This document shows, piece by piece, positions 29,323 through 39,329 of a stretch of 64,000 nt of DNA. Numbering within the stretch: the first letter of the stretch is position 1; the number at the start of each line of letters is the position of its first letter. This DNA is from a virus, in IMG/VR virus record IMGVR_UViG_3300017758_000003, positions 14,044 to 78,043 of that record. The stretch is one strand, 5' to 3'. The notes under the pieces were generated by a model. That model was not told the DNA's origin. It was given only the letters and a program-made list of their open reading frames with translations, and did not search any database. Position numbers and translations under genes: made by a program.

Positions 29323-30162
29323 ATGAAAAAAGCGTTATTAGGTGTGGCAAATAACTTGGGGAGTAATATCCAAAAAGTTAGTTTATGGTCACAAAGTTTT
29401 AAAGATGTCACTAACGGTGAGGTCATTTTGTTATTGGCGAACGGAACAGAAGATGATTTGAAAGTCTGTGAAGAATTAGGGATTGAATCTCATTTAGTTA
29501 CAGTAGAAAATGAGTGGTTTTTTAATCATAAAAGATTAGGACATACACTAGACTTCTTGAGATCAACTGACATTGATTTATTTATGATTACTGACGTATT
29601 CGATGTAGTCTTTCAAGGGGACCCATTTGAACTTATGGATACATCAACCTACTCTGTATTTGCGGGTGGTGAGGGTGTAGATATAAATCAGGAACCATGG
29701 AATATGGATAACATTAAAAAGATCTTCCCTGAATATATTGATGGATGTATTGGAAAAGAAATAGTAAACTCGGGTGTTATTGGTGGTACCAAAGAGGGTT
29801 TAATTCCTGTTTATGAAAGAATGTATCAATTATGTGAAGATGGTTCAGATGACCATAACATTAAAGATCAAGCGGCATTTAATGTGATGATATCAAGAAA
29901 CGAGATTGAAGGTTTTAAAATGTTCAATTTAGATGAAGGTTGGGTACAACACAGTGCGGTATCAGGACCAACACAATTTTTTAAATCATGGGGATTCATT
30001 AACAATCTTAAGTATGGGATTCCTCAAATGATAGATAAAACTGTTTGTACATCTGAAGGTACACCATTTAGAATTGCACACCAATTCAACAGAGTACCTG
30101 AATGGCACAATTTAATAAACGAAAAGTATAATATAAAATTTGAAAAGGATGTCCATAGATAA
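29323..30162 (+). CDS. glycosyltransferase-like protein
   Basis: ITDVFDVVFQGDPF, NSGVIGG, DQAAFN, HQFNR. Confidence 0.75.
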   Translation: MKKALLGVANNLGSNIQKVSLWSQSFKDVTNGEVILLLANGTEDDLKVCEELGIESHLVTVENEWFFNHKRLGHTLDFLRSTDIDLFMITDVFDVVFQGDPFELMDTSTYSVFAGGEGVDINQEPWNMDNIKKIFPEYIDGCIGKEIVNSGVIGGTKEGLIPVYERMYQLCEDGSDDHNIKDQAAFNVMISRNEIEGFKMFNLDEGWVQHSAVSGPTQFFKSWGFINNLKYGIPQMIDKTVCTSEGTPFRIAHQFNRVPEWHNLINEKYNIKFEKDVHR

Positions 30163-30958
30163 ACTCGATAATACATCTGTAGTCGTATGTTCATATCATA
30201 GAACTTTAGACCCTACAGTAAATTATGATGGGCACCATATTGTAAGATCTTTCCACGAAGAAAAATTCCCAAACTTTCATGTATTGTTTGATGATCATCA
30301 CGGATATAGTGAGGAATATGTTTCAGAAAAATATGGTGGACCAAACATTTGTATTTACAACGACGAAGACTTCGCAAAATATGGTTTTGATAAACCAATA
30401 AGTAGTTATCATTTTTGGGGTTCACATCAGAATCCTAAGTACTTCTTTGCACACTTTAGAATGTTAACTTTCTTTTTAAAGAACCCAAACTATGAATATT
30501 ATTGGTTCTTTGATGACGATGTAAAATTTGAAGGATCAGTAAAAAGTCTATTAGAAAATTATTCGGACGTAGATGATGATTTTATAGTTGTTCAAGCTTT
30601 CAAAAAAGAAGACTATCCTGAACACCCAAATGTTTCAGTGATCAATAGTAGAATGGAAGGATCAAGAGGTCATTGGTTAGGACATTGTCCTGGTCCTGGT
30701 GACAACTTCAAATCTACTGAAAAACATATTGGTTCTTTCTATCCTGTAGTTAGATATTCTAAGAGATCGATGGAACACTTAATGAAATTACATGAAGAAG
30801 GTTATTATGGTTATTCGGAAGGTTTTGTACCAACATCGTTGGCATCTGATGGCTTTAAAGTTTCATCAATGATGGATGAACATAATAATTTCTTTATTAA
30901 AAACGAAGTGTGTACATTACTTCATAAAGGACAAGAATTTACTTGGGAATGGCTGTAA
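30149..30958 (+). CDS. glycosyltransferase-like protein
   Basis: YEYYWFFDDDV, FYPVVRYS, YSEGFVPT. Confidence 0.65.
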   Translation: MSIDKLDNTSVVVCSYHRTLDPTVNYDGHHIVRSFHEEKFPNFHVLFDDHHGYSEEYVSEKYGGPNICIYNDEDFAKYGFDKPISSYHFWGSHQNPKYFFAHFRMLTFFLKNPNYEYYWFFDDDVKFEGSVKSLLENYSDVDDDFIVVQAFKKEDYPEHPNVSVINSRMEGSRGHWLGHCPGPGDNFKSTEKHIGSFYPVVRYSKRSMEHLMKLHEEGYYGYSEGFVPTSLASDGFKVSSMMDEHNNFFIKNEVCTLLHKGQEFTWEWL

Positions 30959-32340
30959 TTAACAAACCTGTAATTGTCATGGCTTTATATGACATAGGAC
31001 GAGACAATTGGAAGAATTTTAATCTTTCTTATAACACATATCTATGGTGGATGAAAAACACACTTTCATTAGACGCAGATTTTGTTATCTATACGGAAGA
31101 AAAATTTTCTGATGAGATTAGGAAGATGAGAGAGGAGTTTGATCCTACCTTTCAAAGAACTAAACTTATTGTAAAACCCATAGAGGAATTAGAATATTAT
31201 ATTGAGTATAATGATAGACTAACACAATTAATGTTTTCGGATCAGTTTAAAGAGAAGGCACATCATAACGTACCTGAAATGACCCAACCATTATATAACA
31301 TCATAATGTTTAATAAGTTAAGTTTCCTAAAAGATTCTAAAGACAATGGATATTTTGATGGTGACTTATTTATTTGGGCTGATGCGGGTGGTCTTAGAGA
31401 AAACATAGATACCTATCAAGGTATTAAATGGCCCGATTTGGATAAATTGAGAGGTCTCGATACAAAGAAAGTAACATTCTTTTCTCACTCACCCGAATTT
31501 GATATAGACAACAATGAGTTTCACTCTCTTTCACAAGTAAGACATATACAAGGGACTTGTTTCTTTGTACCAAAAGACTGTTTAGATAAATTTGTTACTA
31601 CATTCAAAGAAACAGTAAATGAATCTTTGGATTCGGGTTATATAGGAAGTGATGAAAAGGTTTTAGATATTACATACTGTAAATCAAAACAAGATTACAA
31701 TCTTATTCATTGTACGTGGAGAGAATACTTTGACATTTTTCATGGAAACCCTGTTGTGGATATTCCTGAAGAGGTGGTCGTTGAAAAAACCAATGTATTT
31801 CTTGATTTAGGAACACATGGATGTCAAGGTTTACATGGATTTGCAACATCAGTCCTGAGTTTCGACGAAACTTGGGATATACACACTTTTGAACCAAATA
31901 AGTTATTACACCCAATAAACTGTATTGAACAATTTGATTTTAAAGTTACTTCACATAAGAAAGCGGTATGGATTAAGGAAGGTACTAGTGTTTTTAAACA
32001 ATACGGTGGTGACGGTAAGAGTCAGGGAAGTCTATTAGAAGAAACATATGGTGATAAACACTATAACGATTATCACGATTCAATAGAGGTAGAAACGATT
32101 GATTTCTTGAACTTCATTCACACCTTTGACCCAAATCAAAATATCTATATAAAAATGGACATCGAATGGGCTGAATGGGCGGTATTAGAAGACTTACTTA
32201 GTAGGGGTTGGCCAAAAAACATTAAACATATATGGATTGAATTCCATGGGGTAATAGGTAATCAGTTCTATAAAAATAAATCAATATGGTTAATGGATCA
32301 AATCAGAGAAAAGGGTTGTGAAGTTACTGAATGGCACTAA
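30949..32340 (+). CDS. HtrL/WlaTC-like glycosyltransferase fused to FkbM methyltransferase
   Basis: ALYDIGR, YNIIMFNK, WADAG; LDLGTH, FEPN, KMDIEWAE. Confidence 0.8.
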   Translation: MAVINKPVIVMALYDIGRDNWKNFNLSYNTYLWWMKNTLSLDADFVIYTEEKFSDEIRKMREEFDPTFQRTKLIVKPIEELEYYIEYNDRLTQLMFSDQFKEKAHHNVPEMTQPLYNIIMFNKLSFLKDSKDNGYFDGDLFIWADAGGLRENIDTYQGIKWPDLDKLRGLDTKKVTFFSHSPEFDIDNNEFHSLSQVRHIQGTCFFVPKDCLDKFVTTFKETVNESLDSGYIGSDEKVLDITYCKSKQDYNLIHCTWREYFDIFHGNPVVDIPEEVVVEKTNVFLDLGTHGCQGLHGFATSVLSFDETWDIHTFEPNKLLHPINCIEQFDFKVTSHKKAVWIKEGTSVFKQYGGDGKSQGSLLEETYGDKHYNDYHDSIEVETIDFLNFIHTFDPNQNIYIKMDIEWAEWAVLEDLLSRGWPKNIKHIWIEFHGVIGNQFYKNKSIWLMDQIREKGCEVTEWH

Positions 32341-32350
32341 AACATAGAAA

Positions 32351-33808
32351 ATGAATATAAAATTAATAACAGTAACGTGGTCACATGAAAATACATATGA
32401 CATAGAAAATACCACATTATATAAATCTTTTAAACGATATAATCCTCATAAAGAAATTGTACACCATCATTTTAACAGAGGTCACTTCCATAAAGAAGAA
32501 AATGAATTTAGAAATAGGTTTGGTAACGAGAGTGAATACCTTCTTTATAAAATACATTTATGGAGAGACATAGTCAGAAATATTGAGTGTGATTACATAG
32601 TATTTTGTGATGCAAACGATGTTGTATGTTTAGGTAATGTGGGTGACTTAATAGGTCAGTTTGATTTGGAGAATAATATCATATGTGGACACGAAAAAAA
32701 TCAGTGGCCAACACCTGAAGCAAAACAATCTTGGCCAGAGTACAAAGATTATAATCAATACGACACAAGTGAGCGTAAGTACTTAAACTCAGGAATGATT
32801 TTATCAAAAAAAGATAAGTATGTTGAAATGTTAGATGTTATGGTTGAAAAATTAATGTTTGGAAAAGACATTAAAACTTTCAATAATGACCAAGGTGTTT
32901 TTACGTATTATTATAATACGGGGGTTGAACCGAGAATTAAATTAGATTACTCCAATGTCTTCACAGTAAACACATTCTCAAGATCACACGACGAATATGA
33001 GATGGTGGGTCACAGAATACAATCTAAAAAAAATGAGACTCAACCTTTATTTGTACACGATAATGGTTGGAATCACGGAAGTCCAAGATTTTTAAATCAT
33101 TTTGAGTTAAAAAGACATTTTATTAACTCATATCCGAGACTTAAAGACATATCTAGAGAAAGACCGATTAATGCGACTCATCAAGAGTACTTAATCAGAA
33201 TGAGAGATGAGTTTGGTTTTAATCCAAATATTATATATGATGTTGGTGCTTGTGTAAATCATTGGAATACAATTGCGAAAGAGGTTTGGCCAAATGCTAA
33301 GTATTATTTATTCGAAGCGATGGAAGAATCAGAAGATTTATTTTTAGAGGGAAATGACCCATATGAAATTGGTGTATTTAGTGATGTCGATGATAAAGAG
33401 GTTACATTTTATAAAAATGTTACATTCCCTGGTGGTAATTCCTATTACATGGAAAACCCACAACATAGTAGTATGGCATCCGCTTTATTTGAGAATCCAT
33501 CCAACCAATTTGCGAGAAAAACAAAGACTTTAGATACGGTTATGAAGAGAAGAGGATTTCCACTACCACAACTTTTGAAAATAGACGTACAAGGTTGTGA
33601 AATTGACATCCTAAAAGGTTGTCCTGAAATACTTAATAATGTAGAACATCTGATTGTTGAGTTACAACATGTTGAATATAACATTGGAGCTCAATTACAA
33701 GACGAATCAATACCAATTATAGAGTCGTTAGGTTTTGAATTAATAACACCTTCCTTCTCACTGTCAAGTCACGCAGATAGTGACTATCATTTTAAAAAAA
33801 TAAAATAA
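32351..33808 (+). CDS. PLOD-type glycosyltransferase domain fused to FkbM methyltransferase
   Basis: FCDANDV, EKNQWP, YLNSG, NDQ, HDNG; YDVGA, LKIDVQGCE. Confidence 0.8.
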   Translation: MNIKLITVTWSHENTYDIENTTLYKSFKRYNPHKEIVHHHFNRGHFHKEENEFRNRFGNESEYLLYKIHLWRDIVRNIECDYIVFCDANDVVCLGNVGDLIGQFDLENNIICGHEKNQWPTPEAKQSWPEYKDYNQYDTSERKYLNSGMILSKKDKYVEMLDVMVEKLMFGKDIKTFNNDQGVFTYYYNTGVEPRIKLDYSNVFTVNTFSRSHDEYEMVGHRIQSKKNETQPLFVHDNGWNHGSPRFLNHFELKRHFINSYPRLKDISRERPINATHQEYLIRMRDEFGFNPNIIYDVGACVNHWNTIAKEVWPNAKYYLFEAMEESEDLFLEGNDPYEIGVFSDVDDKEVTFYKNVTFPGGNSYYMENPQHSSMASALFENPSNQFARKTKTLDTVMKRRGFPLPQLLKIDVQGCEIDILKGCPEILNNVEHLIVELQHVEYNIGAQLQDESIPIIESLGFELITPSFSLSSHADSDYHFKKIK

Positions 33809-33818
33809 ATTAATAACT

Positions 33819-34031
33819 ATGAAACAACATGTATATAACTTTTTAAAGTCTCAAGCCGAGGCAGATAAAAACAAGGCACTTGCAAGTATTGAACTACTAA
33901 CTAATAATCCTGCAGGTATTGGGGATCACTCAACAAAGGATTATTGGGACAATTGTACTGAAACACTTAAATTACTTTCATCTGCTGATGAGAGATTAGA
34001 AATATTAGAGAAATACTTCAAACAGTCATAG
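33819..34031 (+). CDS. small phage protein
   Basis: NPAGIGDH motif. Confidence 0.75.
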   Translation: MKQHVYNFLKSQAEADKNKALASIELLTNNPAGIGDHSTKDYWDNCTETLKLLSSADERLEILEKYFKQS

Positions 34032-35591
34032 ATGGGTTTACCAAACATTGCATTACACAGTCATCATAATGCTGCATTTGCCGTTGAATTAGACGGTGAT
34101 ATTGTGACGGTCATTGAGTTAGAAAGATTTGTAAATCAGAAAAACGCAAGTCATTGTTTTTTTCAACCAATCCATGTTCATGAACCTATCATAGGTGAAG
34201 TATATCAGTATTTGAAACTGAACTATGGTTTTACAAAATACGAAAACTTTATTATGGGTCATGGTCATCAAGAATTTCCTGAATCATGGAAAAAAATGAT
34301 CCCCGCAAATAATTACATAAAAAATGAAGATCACCATATTTCACATGCATCTTCAAGTTTTTATCAGTCACCACATGATGAAGCAGTTATCATTTCTTTT
34401 GATGGTGGTGCAAATGATGGTTTCTTTAGAATCCTACACGGAATAAAAGGACAGGACCTAAAAGATATAAAACACTACTCGATTGATTTAGGTAGTCATT
34501 ACCACCTTATAGGTTTGTTTTGTGAAGATATAAAACATTATAACCAACTAACTGCCGCAGGTAAGGTCTTAGGTTTACAATCATACGGTAAAATTAGAGA
34601 CGAATGGGTACAACCATTGAAAGATTTCTTTAATTCAAGGATACCCTATTTCGTGGATTTAGAACAAAAGAAGAAAACACTATCAGACAGAATCGGTATA
34701 CCATTTTCTGAAGAAAATAAATTAAAGGGACAAGATCAATACGACTTTGCCCGTACTGCACAACATGCATTTGAATTAATATTTTTCGAGTTGGTAGATG
34801 AGAGTATCAAACAGTACCAACTACCTATAATACTTACAGGTGGTTGTGCATTGAATATAACTCTTAACAGTAGAGTTAAAGACACTTACCCTCATTTAGA
34901 TGTGTTTATTGCACCTAATTCGAGTGATTGTGGTATTCCCGTAGGTTTACTTTGTACACTCGTTAAACCAAAGAAAATTATAGACGTAACGTATAAAGGT
35001 GTTGCTGCGTTAGACCGAACTTTACTTATGGAGTATGTCAATACACATAACGCTAAAAAGGTTAATGTAGATGCAATCGTTGAGGATCTGAGTATTCAAA
35101 GGATATTAGGGTTAGTACAAGGTAATTCCGAACATGGTCCAAGGGCATTAGGTAACAGAAGTATTATATGTTCCCCAATTCCATTAGATATGAAAGACAC
35201 TTTAAACCACAAAGTAAAACACAGAGAATGGTTTAGACCATTTGCACCAATAGTTCGTTTAGAAGATGTTTCTGAATATTTTGAATGGGAAGGTGAAAGT
35301 AGATGGATGAACTTCTGTCCAATGGTAAAAGAAGAGTGGAGGGATAGATTACCCGCAATAACCCACATTGATGGTACTGCGAGAGTACAAACAGTAACTA
35401 AAGAACAAAATCCTTTAGTTTATGAAATACTAACTAAATTTAAAGAGAAAACAGGTGTGGGGGTTTTGGTAAATACATCTTTTAACGTAGATAGGAAACC
35501 AATATTATCATCATATAAAGATGCATTTAAAGTATTCAACGAAACTGAATTAGATAGATTATACTTAGACGGATATTACTTTACTAAATAA
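34032..35591 (+). CDS. carbamoyltransferase (NodU/CmcH family)
   Basis: HHISHA, GGCALN, GPRALGNRS, REWFRPFAP, NTSFN. Confidence 0.93.
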   Translation: MGLPNIALHSHHNAAFAVELDGDIVTVIELERFVNQKNASHCFFQPIHVHEPIIGEVYQYLKLNYGFTKYENFIMGHGHQEFPESWKKMIPANNYIKNEDHHISHASSSFYQSPHDEAVIISFDGGANDGFFRILHGIKGQDLKDIKHYSIDLGSHYHLIGLFCEDIKHYNQLTAAGKVLGLQSYGKIRDEWVQPLKDFFNSRIPYFVDLEQKKKTLSDRIGIPFSEENKLKGQDQYDFARTAQHAFELIFFELVDESIKQYQLPIILTGGCALNITLNSRVKDTYPHLDVFIAPNSSDCGIPVGLLCTLVKPKKIIDVTYKGVAALDRTLLMEYVNTHNAKKVNVDAIVEDLSIQRILGLVQGNSEHGPRALGNRSIICSPIPLDMKDTLNHKVKHREWFRPFAPIVRLEDVSEYFEWEGESRWMNFCPMVKEEWRDRLPAITHIDGTARVQTVTKEQNPLVYEILTKFKEKTGVGVLVNTSFNVDRKPILSSYKDAFKVFNETELDRLYLDGYYFTK

Positions 35592-35601
35592 AAAAACCCT
35601 C

Positions 35602-35751
35602 TTATTTTGAGGGTTTTTCTTCTTGTTTCTTTTCAGGTATTTGAACACCTTTCTTAAGAGTTTCTTGTTTTACATAATGGTTTTTAGTTGCCGTCTTATG
35701 TTTTTCTAAAATCTTTTTTTTGTCCTCGTCGGACATTCCTAATACACTCAT
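35602..35751 (-). CDS. small basic protein (49 aa, not in track)
   Basis: MSVLGMSDEDKKKILEKH...EKPSK*. Confidence 0.6.
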   Translation of the reverse strand: MSVLGMSDEDKKKILEKHKTATKNHYVKQETLKKGVQIPEKKQEEKPSK

Positions 35752-35754
35752 ATT

Positions 35755-36060
35755 TTAATTTTTTAAAATGTTTATTGCTTGTTCTTTCTTGGACTTTAAT
35801 TCATCACACTTTTCATATTCTTCAGTATCTTCATATATCTCTATAAGTCGATCAACAATCTCAAGAAACAATTCTAAATCCGAAGAATAAACAATGATCG
35901 ACGATGTTATATTATAATGATTTAATATCTCATTGTCAACACTTACAATGAAATTATATATCATTTCAAGTTCTTCCTCTTCATAATTACCAACGTGAAG
36001 AACTCTTGTGGCTTGTAGTAGAAAATTTATAGACATTCTCATTTGTAATGAACTAATCAT
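35755..36060 (-). CDS. hypothetical protein with UVR-like motif
   Basis: YEDTEEYEKCDELK. Confidence 0.75.
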   Translation of the reverse strand: MISSLQMRMSINFLLQATRVLHVGNYEEEELEMIYNFIVSVDNEILNHYNITSSIIVYSSDLELFLEIVDRLIEIYEDTEEYEKCDELKSKKEQAINILKN

Positions 36061-36379
36061 AACTCAATTGTTTATTCAAGACATTAAAACACTTAATAAA
36101 CCCGTCGACTTCAATTTCATCTCTTGTTTTACGAGATTCTTGTCTAGGACAAAGGACAGTTCCGTCCCCTAATGAGATGGTATATAACCATTGGTGATTA
36201 CCAAACCTTTCTATTGTTAAGTACACTTTTTGTTTGTCAAAAAAGTAATATAACTTTTTAGTTTCAAAAAGGTATAGGGTAGAGAGGCCCAATACACCTA
36301 CATACGGGAACATTACTCCAACGAACCTATCATAGGATTTTGGATATTGTGTCTTTATTTTCTTCCAGTTCAACATCAC
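36053..36379 (-). CDS. hypothetical protein
   Basis: 108-aa ORF. Confidence 0.75.
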   Translation of the reverse strand: MMLNWKKIKTQYPKSYDRFVGVMFPYVGVLGLSTLYLFETKKLYYFFDKQKVYLTIERFGNHQWLYTISLGDGTVLCPRQESRKTRDEIEVDGFIKCFNVLNKQLSYD

Positions 36380-36420
36380 TATAAATTACAGATTTTCTTT
36401 TTAATTGTATATTTATTAGT

Positions 36421-37017
36421 ATGAATATTAAACTGACAGAGTCTCAACTTATAAATATCATCGAAAATGTGGATAAACTGACAGGTGCAGAGAAATTCGC
36501 AGATACCGTTGATAAATTAGCCAGTTTATATAAAGATGAATTACCTGATAGTGTCATTAATAAAATGATTGATGACGTTGATGGTGCTCACTTCACTGAG
36601 GAGGAATTTCAAGTACCACTCAAACAATATAAATTAACAAGTCCCTATGGTCCGAGAAATATTGGCGGTAATGCAAGTAGAAATCATAAGGGGGTTGATT
36701 TGGGAGTACCTTCGGGAACTCCAATTTATTGTCCTGCCGATGGTAAGGTTATAAGATCTAAAAATGCTGGTGGTAAATGTGGTGGTTTTTTAAAAATTAA
36801 ACACACCAACGGTTTTGAAACAAAATATTGTCATTTGACTAATTTTAATATAGTCAAAAAAGGTCAACAGGTGATAAAGGGACAACTTGTAGGTAAAACA
36901 GGTGGTGGACCAAATGACCCGTACAGAGGTAACTCAATGGGACCACACTTACATTATGAGGTTTTAAAGGGTGGCACACATGTTGACCCACAAACCATTC
37001 ACACTACACTTTCTTAA
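36421..37017 (+). CDS. leader + M23 metallopeptidase
   Basis: HKGVDL, YCHL, GPHLHYEV. Confidence 0.9.
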   Translation: MNIKLTESQLINIIENVDKLTGAEKFADTVDKLASLYKDELPDSVINKMIDDVDGAHFTEEEFQVPLKQYKLTSPYGPRNIGGNASRNHKGVDLGVPSGTPIYCPADGKVIRSKNAGGKCGGFLKIKHTNGFETKYCHLTNFNIVKKGQQVIKGQLVGKTGGGPNDPYRGNSMGPHLHYEVLKGGTHVDPQTIHTTLS

Positions 37018-37063
37018 CTTTTTTAATTTTTTACGATAGTTATATGTAATTTTTATTACGTAT

Positions 37064-37303
37064 ATGGAAATTATAGAATTTTATTACGAAGAATCTGACC
37101 AAACACTCGAAGTTAGATTTTCTACAGAGACAGATGGTGAATATTATAGGTTACTAACTCTTAGGTTAGATGAAATACAATACTACGCTCCTACGGTCGT
37201 AGATGAACACGATTTAATTGACGGAATAGAATCCGATTTCGTATTGGAAATACTTGAGACTTATTACTCTGAAAATTCTTTAGGTTCTGAGGAACTTTTG
37301 TAA
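37064..37303 (+). CDS. acidic hypothetical protein
   Basis: 79-aa ORF. Confidence 0.75.
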   Translation: MEIIEFYYEESDQTLEVRFSTETDGEYYRLLTLRLDEIQYYAPTVVDEHDLIDGIESDFVLEILETYYSENSLGSEELL

Positions 37304-37448
37304 GACTCAGGTCCGAAATCCCATTATAGTATATTTATCATTTGATCATGGAAAACATAATTCTATTGTGTAAATTAATCGGGATATTAGTACTTTTTTG
37401 GTTTATTATGAATAGATGGTTTAAGTGGTTAGATAAATAATTAATATA

Positions 37449-37652
37449 ATGGGAATAAAATTAAAACCAAGTAGTAAAGAATACGTAAGAGATTCAAAAG
37501 GGAAAATGACCAATAAATGGACATGGAAACACTATACACCTAGTAATACCTCCACTGAAGAATTAAAAAAACTTTATGAAAGCCCGAGTCAAAGTAGAAA
37601 CAAAACCAAAATCAAAAAAGAGTTAATCAAACGAGGAGTTATCAAAGATTAA
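37449..37652 (+). CDS. basic hypothetical protein
   Basis: 67-aa ORF. Confidence 0.7.
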   Translation: MGIKLKPSSKEYVRDSKGKMTNKWTWKHYTPSNTSTEELKKLYESPSQSRNKTKIKKELIKRGVIKD

Positions 37653-37665
37653 CATATTTATTGGT

Positions 37666-38037
37666 ATGAGTTTCTTAGAACAAAGGGATAAAGACAGAAT
37701 TGTTGCATTTATAAGATTCGTTAAAGACGAGTTAGGCATTAAAACCATGCCCTCAATCAAACTATTGAATGGTAGAGGAGTCTTGAAGACAACGGCACAT
37801 TACAATTATTCTCAACCCACGAAAGTTATTAAAGTAAATTCAAAAAATAGACATATTGTTGATATTATGAGGAGTTGTGCACATGAATTAGTTCATCACT
37901 CACAATACGAACAAGGTCTTTTAGACGGTCCCAAACCACCCGACATTGGTGGAAATATAGAAGATGAAGCAAACTCAAGGGCGGGACAGTTTATCAAGTT
38001 GTACTCGAAGATGGATAGTACAATTTATGATGAATAA
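37666..38037 (+). CDS. HExxH zincin-like protein
   Basis: RSCAHELVHHSQ and EDEAN. Confidence 0.75.
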   Translation: MSFLEQRDKDRIVAFIRFVKDELGIKTMPSIKLLNGRGVLKTTAHYNYSQPTKVIKVNSKNRHIVDIMRSCAHELVHHSQYEQGLLDGPKPPDIGGNIEDEANSRAGQFIKLYSKMDSTIYDE

Positions 38038-38077
38038 AACACCATTCATCATATAAACCAATATAATATTTCATAGT

Positions 38078-38284
38078 ATGAAGAAGAAGATGATGGTAAT
38101 AGCGTTAAGTTCAATATTATTAGTAGGATGTGGGTCCACTAAGGAACTAGACAAATGTTGCAAAGAAACAACTCAAGAGGAAAACAAAGTAGAGAAAATT
38201 GTAAGTAAAGACCCATTGATGAAATTATTAGCGTCTGCCTTAATTATATTCGCAATTAATACAATTGTGACTGGTGGTCGATAA
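38078..38284 (+). CDS. small lipoprotein with C-terminal hydrophobic helix
   Basis: Lipobox LVGC; LLASALIIFAI at the C-terminus. Confidence 0.7.
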   Translation: MKKKMMVIALSSILLVGCGSTKELDKCCKETTQEENKVEKIVSKDPLMKLLASALIIFAINTIVTGGR

Positions 38285-38289
38285 GTGAA

Positions 38290-38664
38290 CTAATTTTCAT
38301 GTTCAAAGAGTTTATTTACCCTCTTTAATACTCGGTCACATAAAGACCTATAGTTTTTGTCGTATTGGTAATTACTTTGGTGTACTTTGTTCCCATATAG
38401 AATAGTTGCGTGGTTCCTACGAAGTAAACTACCTATTTTTGCGTATGGATAACCGAAACGTTCTCTTAGAATGTATGAAAATAGTTGTCTACCTTCAACA
38501 ATATCTCTTAATCTCGATCTTGAAGTTAATTCTTCAATACTAATCGATCGTTCTTCTGATATTATTTTTAAAACCATATCGGTGTTAACAATCATTTTTT
38601 TGTTCGAAATAATTCTTGCTTTAGTGTTGGGATTTAATCCAACATACAAATACGGATGTACCAT
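38290..38664 (-). CDS. stand-alone DnaA domain IV (HTH)-like protein
   Basis: SRSRLRDIVEGRQLFSYILR..IGSLLRRNHATILY. Confidence 0.8.
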   Translation of the reverse strand: MVHPYLYVGLNPNTKARIISNKKMIVNTDMVLKIISEERSISIEELTSRSRLRDIVEGRQLFSYILRERFGYPYAKIGSLLRRNHATILYGNKVHQSNYQYDKNYRSLCDRVLKRVNKLFEHEN

Positions 38665-38666
38665 TA

Positions 38667-39248
38667 TTAAAATTTATGTAAAGTGATTTCTAAATGTGAT
38701 TCGATGGCCTTGTCGTATTGGTTACCATCAATTAAAATATTAGTATAGAAAACTTGGGACGTTAGTTTTAAAACATTTGAAGGCATTGCTCCATAGGTGT
38801 CAAGTGAGAATGTATATCTCGTTTTTTCACCCATATAATCAGTTTCAAGAATAGTTCGTTCTGTACAATATACACATGGAAAATCAATAGGTATCCATTC
38901 ATCACCTAAACCATCGGTGATTCTTAAGTCATAATAATCGAATTCCCATTGAGTATCATCAATATCAAATCTTCTATTAATAATCGTACTTTCAAAATCT
39001 TGAGTTAGTAATAGATTACCTTGACTATCGACACCCGTCACATAGAAAGAACCCACAGACGCTTGATCTTCAGAAGTTACTGTAACTTCACTATCATAGT
39101 TTACATTGTCAATAACAACATCAATATCTACAACATCCCACCTACCATTTAAGTTAAGTTGGGGGTTACTTTCAAGTTCGTATTTTTCACATGATGCGAA
39201 CAGTAAAACTGTTACTATCCACAAAAATATTGTTCTAAATTTATTCAT
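38667..39248 (-). CDS. lipoprotein (lipocalin-like start)
   Basis: FASC|EKY and LNGRWDV. Confidence 0.75.
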   Translation of the reverse strand: MNKFRTIFLWIVTVLLFASCEKYELESNPQLNLNGRWDVVDIDVVIDNVNYDSEVTVTSEDQASVGSFYVTGVDSQGNLLLTQDFESTIINRRFDIDDTQWEFDYYDLRITDGLGDEWIPIDFPCVYCTERTILETDYMGEKTRYTFSLDTYGAMPSNVLKLTSQVFYTNILIDGNQYDKAIESHLEITLHKF

Positions 39249-39329
39249 CTCATCTAATTTTAAACAAATATAAGTATTTTTTTTGATATCACAACAAATT
39301 TCAAAATATTTTTATGATATTTATGTATA

